NCBI GenBank assembly: GCA_043779945.1
Contig: JAYWDH010000185.1
Span: 1-56,644 of the forward strand
Length of the DNA stretch: 56,644 nucleotides
Origin: Microbacteriaceae bacterium
GTDB taxonomy: Bacteria > Actinomycetota > Actinomycetes > Actinomycetales > Microbacteriaceae
Reading direction: 5' to 3'
Below the pieces are notes generated by a model. That model was not told the DNA's origin and made no database searches. It was given only the letters and a program-made list of their open reading frames with translations. Positions within the stretch are counted from its first letter, which is position 1; each line of letters opens with the position of its first letter. The position numbers and the translations under genes are program-made. Shown here piece after piece: positions 37,649 through 46,020 of this stretch.

Positions 37649-39075
37649 TAGTTACGTCCGTTCCCGGAAATGGTGGTCGGGAACTGCTGACTGAGCCAGC
37701 TGGACTGGGTCTTGAGTGCGCTTAGCTGGGTTTCCATGGCGGCGAAGGCGGACTCGAGAGCGGTTTGACGCGTCGCCAGCTCCGTGGTCCAGGCCGAGAC
37801 TTGGCTGTTTAAGCCACGGATGTCGGCGTTTAGGCTCGAGATCCTGCCGGTCAGCGCACCGGATACCGGGTCCGATTGAGCGGTTGCCTGAGCGGCAACG
37901 GCGGTCGAGATGCTCTGGAGCATGGCGTGCGTTCCGTCGGGATTCGCGGCGAGCGCCGCCTGGAACTTTGCCGCGTCGAAGGTCATCGAGCCGTCCGAGT
38001 TGAGGCTGATCCCGATAGTCGCGGGCGACTTACCTCCCGCCGGCTGGGCCACCGCGTTGAAGAGCGCGTATGCCGCGTTGCGAATCAGGCTGTCGCCAGC
38101 GAATGGGCCGCCCGAAGTTGCGACGTTTCCCGAGACGTCGGTGCTGGAGCTGACCGAGCTGCTCGCCGAAATCGACTGCAGTAGCGAGTCGACAGCCGAG
38201 ACCAGCGTTGACGCGGCATTCGTGATGGTCGCAGTGTCGTGCGCGACCGTAAGTGTCACGGGATCGGTTGACGCCTTGGACACGGTGACGGTCACCCCGG
38301 GAAGCAGGTTGGAGAAAGTGTTACTTGGCGACCTGACCGTCTGCGCGGCCGAAGTGCCCGCCCACAGAGTCACGGAGGCATCGGATGCGGTGTGGATGGT
38401 GGCGGCCCCGGGCTGATCGAGGAGGTTCGGCGCTGTACCGGCATTGACTTCACTGGATGATCCCCCGTAGAACCTGAACGCACCCGAAGCGCCGGTGTGG
38501 GAGGACGTGAGTTGAAGCCGGTACAGCGCCGCGCCAGTTGTCGCATCCTGACCCGCTGCGACGGCAATCGCGGACACTCCCGCGGAAGATGAGTTGATCG
38601 CGGCGGCGATGTCGGCGACGGCGCCGGACGCGGGGTGGATCTCAACCTCCGTGCCGGTGCTGCCGACGATGGTGAAAACGGGGGCTGAACTCGAGTTCGG
38701 CATCGGGGCGGTGACTGCCACTTGGGCCGCCGCTGCAGAGTCGATAGAAAAAGAAACGGTCCCGGCGCTCGCGTCCGTGGTGGTGGACGCGGTGACGGTC
38801 GCGTCGGAGCTCGTGGTGGTGAACACGTTCCAGGCATTGGTTGCCGCGTCGGCTTTGGCCTGGGACGCGAGCGTGGCGTAAGAGGTATTGAGCTTCTGAA
38901 GCGCGGCGAGCAGGGTGCTATCTGTGGTGACCAGCTTCTGCAGGGCATACTTCGGGCCCGACTCGGCCGCAATCTGAGCGGCGACGAGGGCGGAGGTGTT
39001 CAGTCCGCTGATGACTCCCGCGAGCACGGAGGCTCCCGCGGTGTTCGTTGAACTTGTGACGTTGGTCGAGGTCAC
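37648..39075 (-). CDS. fliD: Filament cap protein FliD
   Basis: G..SGLNT..LV, A.DA, SNTF....PGVT, GDS, GI....DG.M.FD..KF, C-terminal F.AME..LS.L..QS.WL. Confidence 0.9.
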   Translation of the reverse strand: MTSTNVTSSTNTAGASVLAGVISGLNTSALVAAQIAAESGPKYALQKLVTTDSTLLAALQKLNTSYATLASQAKADAATNAWNVFTTTSSDATVTASTTTDASAGTVSFSIDSAAAAQVAVTAPMPNSSSAPVFTIVGSTGTEVEIHPASGAVADIAAAINSSSAGVSAIAVAAGQDATTGAALYRLQLTSSHTGASGAFRFYGGSSSEVNAGTAPNLLDQPGAATIHTASDASVTLWAGTSAAQTVRSPSNTFSNLLPGVTVTVSKASTDPVTLTVAHDTATITNAASTLVSAVDSLLQSISASSSVSSSTDVSGNVATSGGPFAGDSLIRNAAYALFNAVAQPAGGKSPATIGISLNSDGSMTFDAAKFQAALAANPDGTHAMLQSISTAVAAQATAQSDPVSGALTGRISSLNADIRGLNSQVSAWTTELATRQTALESAFAAMETQLSALKTQSSWLSQQFPTTISGNGRN

Positions 39076-39116
39076 CGCTTCCGCTCCTTCTTCTTGGGTG
39101 GGGTGCAGGGGAGTGC

Positions 39117-39162
39117 CCGGCGGCGGAGAGCAGACGGTTCAGGTCTCTCTCGCCGCCGCCGG
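39117..39162 (-). terminator. GC-rich hairpin between fliC and fliD
   Basis: ccggcggcgg-agag...ctctc-gccgccgccgg imperfect inverted repeat about 15 bp after the fliC stop. Confidence 0.6.
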
Positions 39163-39176
39163 ACGAGTGCGGCGAT

Positions 39177-40019
39177 TTACTGCAGGAGCTTCAGAACACT
39201 CTGCGGCAGTTGGTTCGCCTGAGCCAGGATGGCGGTGGCCGCCTGCGCCTGGACCTGCTGACCTGCGAAGATCACCATCTGCTTGGCCATGTCCGTCGAC
39301 GTGATCTGCGAGCTGGCGGCGTTGAGGTTCTGGGAGGCCACGTTCACCGACGCGATAGCGTTCGTGAAGCGGTTCTGCACAGAACCGAGGTTCGCCTGCG
39401 CCGTAGACACGCCGCTGAGCTGCGTGTCGATCGAGGTGATCGACGCCTGAGCGGCCGCGTTCGACGAGAAGTCGAGCGCACCGGGACCGGTGGTGAGGGC
39501 GGTCGCGACTGCGGCGACGTTGGCCGACGTCAAGTTGACCGTGATCGTGTTGTCCGCACCGGCGTTCGCGCCCACCTGGAAGTTCAGCGCCGTGGACGAA
39601 CCGTCGAGCAGCTTGGTGCCGTTGTAGTTCGTCGAAGTGCTGACCCGGGTGAGCTCGTTCGTGATCTGAGTGGCCTCAGCCCCGATGTCGGCGCGGGATG
39701 CCACGCTGTTCGAGTCGTTGGCCGCTTGGACCGCGAGGTCGCGCAGACGCTGCAGCATGCTCGTCACCTGGGTGAGCGCACCGCTTGCCGTCTGCACCAC
39801 GTTGAGACCAGACTGCGCGTTGGTCGCGGCCACGTTCAGACCGTTGACCTGCGAGGTGAGGCCGGTCGAGATGGCCAGGCCGGCCGCGTTGTCGCCCGCC
39901 GTAGTGATTGCCATACCGCTGGAAAGCTTCGCGATTGACGAGGTGAGCTTGTCCTGGGCGTTGGTCAGGTTCTGGTACGCGTTGAGTGCTGCGATGTTGT
40001 TGGTGATGCTGAGTGCCAT
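39177..40019 (-). CDS. fliC: Flagellin (280 aa, essentially D0/D1 only)
   Basis: I.NN.AAL, LSSG..I..A.D.AAGLAIS, QTA.GAL, LQR.R.LAVQAAN, FQVGAN, LG.VQNR, AQANQ.PQ.VL.LL. Confidence 0.96.
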   Translation of the reverse strand: MALSITNNIAALNAYQNLTNAQDKLTSSIAKLSSGMAITTAGDNAAGLAISTGLTSQVNGLNVAATNAQSGLNVVQTASGALTQVTSMLQRLRDLAVQAANDSNSVASRADIGAEATQITNELTRVSTSTNYNGTKLLDGSSTALNFQVGANAGADNTITVNLTSANVAAVATALTTGPGALDFSSNAAAQASITSIDTQLSGVSTAQANLGSVQNRFTNAIASVNVASQNLNAASSQITSTDMAKQMVIFAGQQVQAQAATAILAQANQLPQSVLKLLQ

Positions 40020-40023
40020 TTTG

Positions 40024-40069
40024 TTCCTCCATGATTTGGCGTTTTGCGTCAGCCCATCCGTGGGCTGAC
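40024..40069 (-). promoter_or_regulatory. CsrA-type sites in the fliC leader (GGA-loop hairpin plus SD-overlapping site)
   Basis: mRNA sense: GUCAGCCC-ACGGAU-GGGCUGAC hairpin, and CAUGGAGGA overlapping the RBS. Confidence 0.75.
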
Positions 40070-40077
40070 ATTGAAGA

Positions 40078-40105
40078 CTTTCGGCGACGTTCGGATTCGC
40101 GTTAG
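40078..40105 (-). promoter_or_regulatory. sigma28-type promoter of fliC-fliD-fliS
   Basis: Minus strand CTAAC-N15-GCCGAAAG. Confidence 0.82.
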
Positions 40106-40143
40106 CAGTTCACCGAAGAATTTTATCCGGTGGCCGCGATCGA

Positions 40144-40965
40144 CTAGGAGACGGCGGACTCCCAGACACGAACCGGACGCACAAGTCCCGCAATGCCGAG
40201 GCCAGCGGACTGTGCCAGGCGCGCCAGATAGGCGCTGCGGCGCGACTCGGCGATGCGAGAATGACGGGCTGCGCTGATATCGACATCGTCGGCGTAGTGG
40301 GTTTCGAGGCCATCGCGCAGCAGTCGAATGCCCTCGGAGCGCTGCTGGGAGATCGCGGAGTGCGTGGCCCCCAGCTCTTCGGCGAGTTCTTTGACCGTCC
40401 GGTCGTTGAAGTAGATCTCCGTGACGATATGGCGCATCTTCTCGGGCAGGGCGTCGACGGCCGCTCGCACGATGCCGGCCCGTTCCGCCGTGACCAGGGC
40501 ATCCTCGGGAGACGACATCTCAGCGGCGAGCTGATCGCCCACGGTCTCGTCGAGCGACGTGACGGAACGCGACGAGTCGGCGAGCGCCTCAGCCGCGGAG
40601 GCCCGGTCGACGCCGAGCGCCGAGGCGACTTCGTCGAGAGTCGCGTTGCGTCCGAGGGCCGCGGTCAGCGCCTCCTTGACCTGCAGCACCTCTTTGATGC
40701 GGTGACGCACGGTCCGGGTGGCCCAGTCGGACGACCGCATCTCGTCAGCGAAGGCGCCGAGCACACGACGGCGTGCGTAGGCGCCGAATGGCACGCCGAG
40801 AGTCGAGTCGAAGGCATCGGCGGCGGTGATCAGGGCTACGGCGCCGGCCGCGGCGAGGTCATCGCGCGACAGGTGGGTCGCGCGGCCCCAGACCTCGGAC
40901 ACGAGGTAGCCGACGAGCGGCAGATTTTCCACAACAAGCGCGTTGCGTGCAGTGCGGTTCATCAC
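40144..40965 (-). CDS. fliA: sigma28 (FliA/WhiG family) RNA polymerase sigma factor
   Basis: LV..NLPLV, DDL..AG...L, FD...GVPF..YA..R..GA..DE.R..DW, region 4 'Y....T..ELA..LG.T.S.ISQ'. Confidence 0.92.
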   Translation of the reverse strand: MMNRTARNALVVENLPLVGYLVSEVWGRATHLSRDDLAAAGAVALITAADAFDSTLGVPFGAYARRRVLGAFADEMRSSDWATRTVRHRIKEVLQVKEALTAALGRNATLDEVASALGVDRASAAEALADSSRSVTSLDETVGDQLAAEMSSPEDALVTAERAGIVRAAVDALPEKMRHIVTEIYFNDRTVKELAEELGATHSAISQQRSEGIRLLRDGLETHYADDVDISAARHSRIAESRRSAYLARLAQSAGLGIAGLVRPVRVWESAVS

Positions 40966-41345
40966 GAAACTCCCTGATCAATTTCGAGCACAGTCGAACT
41001 GTGCTTGACATTCGGGATGGATGCCGTGGCGGGTGAAGCAGATCGAATCGGGAGGAGACGATCAAAGTGCGGGTGCTGAACGGTGCGGTCATGCGGAACA
41101 GTGCGGTATTTCGAGATCGAGCGGGTGCTCGGGTAAGCGGTTCACCGGGGTAAGTGGTGCGTTGCGACGATCATGGTGCCGCGCAACGCACGAGCTGTAG
41201 ACCCCAGAACAGGGAGCCCCCGTTCTGGGTCGCGGATGACGGGCCAAGGGGGTCGAGTGCCTGTGCTAGGGTGCAGAATTTGATACCGGCGAGCGCTGGA
41301 TGCCGTCCCCGAGTGGCCGGTGCCGAATCCCGTTCCGCCCGAGCG

Positions 41346-41373
41346 CTAACGCGCGTCAGGCTCCGACCGATGG
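41346..41373 (+). promoter_or_regulatory. sigma28-type promoter of flgN-flgK-flgL-fliW
   Basis: CTAAC-N15-ACCGATGG. Confidence 0.75.
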
Positions 41374-41452
41374 TGAGTAGTGACGTCGCTACTCGAGTAC
41401 GTCACACTGGAGCAAGGACCGGGAATTGCCGCTGATACAGGAAGTAGAGCAG

Positions 41453-41938
41453 ATGGGTGCACAGGAACTTTCGACCCTCCTGTGGCGCGAGCGCGAGCTC
41501 CTCGAGATCCTTCTATTCAAGCTTGAAGAGGAGAAGCTCCTTCTCACTGCCGGCAAGACCCGGTGGCTTCCTTTCGCGACCCGCGAGGTCGAGCAGGTGA
41601 TCGAGCGACTGCGCGAGAACGGCATTGAGCGGGCGATGGAGCTGACAGCCGTCGAGCAGGAATGGGGTACGGGTGAAGACCCCTCGTTGCGGTCCGTGAT
41701 CGCTGCCGCCCCCACCGAGGCTTGGCGCGACAACTTCACCGGTCATCTCATCGCTCTGTCAGAGCTCGCCGCGTCGATCGCGGAACTGCGGGACGCGAAC
41801 GTCCAGTATTTGCGCGCCGCCGCCCGGGTGACGCAAGAGACGCTGGCGACCATGTCGCCAGAAGCCGGCACCTACGACGCTCACGGCCAGACCGCCGACG
41901 GGCCGCCGAACGCGCGCATCTTCGACGGGCGGTTGTAA
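41453..41938 (+). CDS. flgN: FlgN-family chaperone
   Basis: LS..LWRERELLE.LLFKLEE..LLL, helical, 'TYD..G' C-terminus. Upstream of flgK. Confidence 0.82.
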   Translation: MGAQELSTLLWRERELLEILLFKLEEEKLLLTAGKTRWLPFATREVEQVIERLRENGIERAMELTAVEQEWGTGEDPSLRSVIAAAPTEAWRDNFTGHLIALSELAASIAELRDANVQYLRAAARVTQETLATMSPEAGTYDAHGQTADGPPNARIFDGRL

Positions 41939-41941
41939 GGC

Positions 41942-43354
41942 ATGACCAGCTCGTTCGGGGCCCTCAACACCGCATATACGGGCCTGGTCGCGGCTCGTCA
42001 GGGGTTGACTGTCGTCGGAGATAACATCAGCAATTCTACGACCGTCGGCTACTCGCGCCAGTCGGTGACTACCTCGTCGATCACCCCGGCGTCGGAATCC
42101 GGGTTCGTCAATCTCCTCCTGGTTGGCGGCGGCGTCTCGGTGGACGGGGTCACCCGTGTCGACAGCCCCCTGGTGGACGCGCAGCTGCGCGTCACCTCTG
42201 CCTCAGACGGTTTCGCCCACGAGACCGCCACTCAGCTGAGCACGATCGAGGGCGCGCTGAACGAACCGGGGGACAACGGGCTCTCCTCATCGCTGCAGAG
42301 TTTCTGGTCGGCGTGGCAGAACGTGTCGAACACGTCAACCTCGTCGGCCGCAGCTGTCGCCGTGATCTCCGCGGGAACCCGCGTGGTGGAGCAACTGTCT
42401 GCCGGGTATTCCGCCGCTTCCCAGCAGTGGGCGGCGGTGCGTTCCAGTGTCGACACCAGCATCTCGAGCATCAACAGCGCAGCCGATCAGCTCGCGGTTC
42501 TGAACGGCCAGATCCGCTCCATCGTGGCGGCGGGCGGCAATGCCAACGGATTGATGGATCGCGTCGGCACGATCGCGCAGACGCTCGCCGGCCTGAGCGG
42601 AGCCACCATCCGCGGCAACCGCGACGGTACGGTCGACGCGTTGCTTGGCGGCAACCCGCTCGTGTCGGGCACTTCGGTGCACGCGATTGCGGCATCCGGG
42701 TCGAGCACGCTGGCCGGGGCGTCGGCGTCGCCGCTGGCCATCGGGTTCATCGACAATCCCGCGGCGACGGCCGGGATCTCGGGTGGCACAGTCGGTGCCG
42801 ATCTCGCCGCTCTGGCCCCCGCCAACGCCCGCGGCACTGGCGGGACGATCGCCGAGGCCGCGCAGACATACAACACGCTCGCGACGACAGTCGCGACGTC
42901 GGTGAACAGCATCATGCAGACCGGCGCTAACTCCGCGGGAACCACCAACCTGTCGTTCTTCGCCTTCGATCCGGCGAAGCCGGCCGCGCTGGGCCTCAGC
43001 GTGATCCCGACGGATGCGACTGGGATCGCCTCGGCGACTCCAGGGGCGGGTGCCGCTAACGGCGATGTCGCGAACGTGATCGCCCGGCTTAGCAGCTCGA
43101 CCTCGGGTGTCGACAGCCAGTGGGAGAGCTTCGTCGTGCGCATCGGGTCGGCCTCGAACGCTGCAAGTAGGCACGCAGCACTCATGGCGACGGGGTTAGC
43201 GACCGCCGCATCGGCTCAGTCCTCCATCTCGGCAGTTGACACCGACCAGGAGACCACCAACATGCTTGCCTACCAGAACGCCTTCAGCGCAGCGGCACGG
43301 GTGATGACCACCCTCAACGACATGCTCAACACGCTCATCAACAAGACCGGGTAG
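41942..43354 (+). CDS. flgK: Hook-associated protein FlgK
   Basis: F..LNTA..GL, NI.N..T.GYSRQ, G.GV....V.R, EPG..GL, FW.AW, VD.D.E..N...YQ..F.AAARV. Confidence 0.92.
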   Translation: MTSSFGALNTAYTGLVAARQGLTVVGDNISNSTTVGYSRQSVTTSSITPASESGFVNLLLVGGGVSVDGVTRVDSPLVDAQLRVTSASDGFAHETATQLSTIEGALNEPGDNGLSSSLQSFWSAWQNVSNTSTSSAAAVAVISAGTRVVEQLSAGYSAASQQWAAVRSSVDTSISSINSAADQLAVLNGQIRSIVAAGGNANGLMDRVGTIAQTLAGLSGATIRGNRDGTVDALLGGNPLVSGTSVHAIAASGSSTLAGASASPLAIGFIDNPAATAGISGGTVGADLAALAPANARGTGGTIAEAAQTYNTLATTVATSVNSIMQTGANSAGTTNLSFFAFDPAKPAALGLSVIPTDATGIASATPGAGAANGDVANVIARLSSSTSGVDSQWESFVVRIGSASNAASRHAALMATGLATAASAQSSISAVDTDQETTNMLAYQNAFSAAARVMTTLNDMLNTLINKTG

Positions 43355-43364
43355 GTGCCATTCC

Positions 43365-44246
43365 ATGATCACGCGTGTGACGGACCAGATGATCCTCGCC
43401 CACTCGCAGGCGAACCTGCAGACGCAGCTTCAGCAGCTGTCGACTTTGCAGGACCAGGCGTCGAGCCAAAGAGCGATCACAAAGCCCTCCGACAACCCGA
43501 CCGGTATCGCGATGTCTCTGGCACTCAAGCGACAGCAGGCGGCCAACGACCAATACGCGGGTAATGCCCAGGACGCGAACAACTGGCTAACCGCAGTCAG
43601 CGCTGCGCTTGGATCCTCGGTCAACGCGCTACAGAACGTGCGATCACTCGTCGTCGGAACGGGCGACCCAACCCTGTCGGCAACCGCCAAGGCATCCATC
43701 GTTTCGCAGCTGCGGGGGCTTAAGTCGGACCTACTTGGTCAAGCAAACACCAGCTATCTTGGCCGTCCGGTCTTCGCGGGCAACTCCGATGCGGGAGCCG
43801 CATTCGACCCGACGGGCACATACACCGGTGCCCCTGGCTCCATGGTGAGCCGCTCGATCGGCGCTACCTCGACGGTCTCGGTCAGCGGTGACGGCGCGGC
43901 TACCTACGGCACGGGGTCCGGCTCGATGTTCGCGCTGATCGACAGCATCGTCGGTGGGATCCAATCGGGCACCGATGTGACCGGGCAACTCACCGCGATC
44001 GACGCGCGCATCTCCATCGTCTCGACCCAGCAGTCGGCGGTCGCGGCGAACTACAACCAAGTTCACGAGGCGCAGGCGATCTTGACCGCGCAGGCAGCAT
44101 CCCTCACCGCGCAGCGTTCCGACGTCGACGGGGTGGATCTCACCAAGACGCTGGTCGAGCTCTCGGCTCAGCAGAACGCATATCAGGCCGCCCTCGGAGT
44201 CACGAGCAAGGCGCTGCAGCCGACGCTGATGTCGTTCCTGCGATGA
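43365..44246 (+). CDS. flgL: Hook-associated protein FlgL
   Basis: RVT, Q.SS...I.KPSD.P, AN..Y.GR.VFAG, VD.......L..Q..AYQAAL, QP.L..FLR. Confidence 0.92.
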   Translation: MITRVTDQMILAHSQANLQTQLQQLSTLQDQASSQRAITKPSDNPTGIAMSLALKRQQAANDQYAGNAQDANNWLTAVSAALGSSVNALQNVRSLVVGTGDPTLSATAKASIVSQLRGLKSDLLGQANTSYLGRPVFAGNSDAGAAFDPTGTYTGAPGSMVSRSIGATSTVSVSGDGAATYGTGSGSMFALIDSIVGGIQSGTDVTGQLTAIDARISIVSTQQSAVAANYNQVHEAQAILTAQAASLTAQRSDVDGVDLTKTLVELSAQQNAYQAALGVTSKALQPTLMSFLR

Positions 44247-44638
44247 CGACCGCACTGACCTTTGTCGAGTCCCCGCCCGGGTTCTCTCCGCTGGTCGACT
44301 TCACGCTCGACGACGTGGAAGGCGCGCGGGGGCTGCACACGCTGCGCTCATCGGATGCTCCCGATATCCGGCTGTTTGTACTCGACGTGCCGGTTTACCT
44401 CCCCTGGTACGAACCGGCGTTCGATGACGAGAACTACGCGTCGCTCGGCGCTAGCGCGGACGAGACCGATGTGCTTGTTGTGGCGAGAATCTCCGACGGA
44501 TCGCCGATTGTGAATCTGATGGCGCCGCTTCTGGTGAACCGCGCCACCGGGGCCGCCCGACAGGTCATCCTCGGCGACGAATGGCCGCTGGCGGCGCCTC
44601 TCGTGCAGCCGAAGGCCATGGAGACCGCTCAGTCGTAG
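44243..44638 (+). CDS. fliW: Flagellar assembly factor FliW (CsrA antagonist)
   Basis: F...PPGF, L.S......LFV, Y.P, NL.AP..VN......QVIL. Confidence 0.88.
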   Translation: MTTALTFVESPPGFSPLVDFTLDDVEGARGLHTLRSSDAPDIRLFVLDVPVYLPWYEPAFDDENYASLGASADETDVLVVARISDGSPIVNLMAPLLVNRATGAARQVILGDEWPLAAPLVQPKAMETAQS

Positions 44639-45066
44639 TTCCGGTGGATCAGGTGCGACAGCACGATCGCGCTGCGGGTGTGATCCACGCTCGGCGCGAT
44701 CCGCACCCGCTCCAGCGCATCCTCGAGCGACGGGATGTCGCGCGAGCGGATGTGCACCATCGCATCCGCCGAACCAGTGACGGTCGAAGCATCCACGACC
44801 TCCGGCACGCCCGACAGAATGCGCTTCAACTCGTCGGGAGCGACGGTGCCGCGGCAGAAGAGCTCGACGTATGCTTCCGTGCCGAGGCCGTCGACGGCGG
44901 GGTCCACCTGGATCGTGAACGAGCGGATGACGCGGTCGGCCACCAGCCGATCCACGCGCCGCTTCACCGCTGACGCCGAGAGCCCCACCCGCTCGCCGAT
45001 GTCACCGTAGCCAGCGCGGGCATTCTGACGGAGAAGATCGAGGATGCCGTAGTCGAGATTGTCCAC
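44629..45066 (-). CDS. Lrp/AsnC-family regulator, divergent from the amidinotransferase-rocD operon
   Basis: D.LD..IL.LL..NAR, IG..VGLS.SAV.RRV.RL, V.G..D. Confidence 0.92.
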   Translation of the reverse strand: MDNLDYGILDLLRQNARAGYGDIGERVGLSASAVKRRVDRLVADRVIRSFTIQVDPAVDGLGTEAYVELFCRGTVAPDELKRILSGVPEVVDASTVTGSADAMVHIRSRDIPSLEDALERVRIAPSVDHTRSAIVLSHLIHRNYD

Positions 45067-45171
45067 GATGAATCAGAGTACTGCGATATCTTGCGCGCGC
45101 GAAACCAATCACGCAGATTCAGTGCGCGGGACGCTCTGAACATCCGGATGCGTGCGTGTCACACTGGGGGC

Positions 45172-46020
45172 ATGACTCTCACCCAGCCTTCCGCCACTGC
45201 CCCCGCGCGCGTCGCCACTCGCCGCACCGTGCTGATGTGCCGGCCCGAGTTCTTCACCGTGAGCTACCGCATCAACCCGTGGATGAATCCGCAAGACCCC
45301 ACAGACACGAGCCTCGCTGTTCGCCAGTGGGAGACCCTGTACGCGAAGTACCTCGAACTCGGCTTCGAGGTGCAGCTGATTGACGGGATCTCCGGAATGC
45401 CCGACATGGTCTACGCCGCCAACGGCGGTTTCGTGCTCGACGGGATTGCCTACGGCGCGAAGTTCCAGTACCCGGAACGTCAGGCCGAGGGTCCCGCCTA
45501 TATGGATTGGTTTGCCGCGACCGGATTCCAGGTGGAGGCGCCGGTCGAGACCAACGAGGGTGAAGGCGACTTCCTACTCGTCGGCGACACGATCTATGCA
45601 GGCACCGGGTTCCGAAGCGACCCGGCGAGCCACGACGAGCTCCGCCGCATCTACCGGCGAGAGGTCGTGACCCTCACCCTGGTGGACCCGGCGTTCTACC
45701 ACCTGGACACTGCGTTCGCCGTCTTGGACTCGAACGGCGGCCCGGGCAGTGTCGCCTACCTGCCGAAGGCCTTCGACGCGACCTCCCTCGCCATCCTCGA
45801 TGAGCGCTTTCCCGACGCGGTTATCGTCAACGACGAGGACGCCGCCGTCCTCGGCCTGAACTCCTTCAGCGACGGCAAGAACGTGATCATCGCAGCGCGC
45901 GCCACCGACTTTGAACGCCAGCTCACCGAGCGCGGCTTCACCCCGCATGGTGTCGACCTTTCCGAGCTGCTGCTCGGCGGCGGCGGAGTGAAGTGCTGCA
46001 CGTTGGAGCTGCGGCGGTGA
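45172..46020 (+). CDS. Amidinotransferase / guanidino-modifying enzyme (DDAH-like, possible arginine dihydrolase)
   Basis: MCRP..F.V.Y.INPWM, PDMV..AN, EGEGD, YHLDT, catalytic GGG.KC. Confidence 0.85.
   Translation: MTLTQPSATAPARVATRRTVLMCRPEFFTVSYRINPWMNPQDPTDTSLAVRQWETLYAKYLELGFEVQLIDGISGMPDMVYAANGGFVLDGIAYGAKFQYPERQAEGPAYMDWFAATGFQVEAPVETNEGEGDFLLVGDTIYAGTGFRSDPASHDELRRIYRREVVTLTLVDPAFYHLDTAFAVLDSNGGPGSVAYLPKAFDATSLAILDERFPDAVIVNDEDAAVLGLNSFSDGKNVIIAARATDFERQLTERGFTPHGVDLSELLLGGGGVKCCTLELRR

Noticed and set aside
41303-41329. Second sigma28-like -10 (GCCGAATC) upstream of flgN
   Set aside because: No TAAC-like -35 at 15-nt spacing.
16428-44638. Flagellar block as a mobile genomic island
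   Set aside because: No integrase, transposase, tRNA or flanking direct repeat is visible, and fliW overlaps the neighbouring lrp gene. Codon usage looks slightly more AT-rich by eye, but I could not quantify it.
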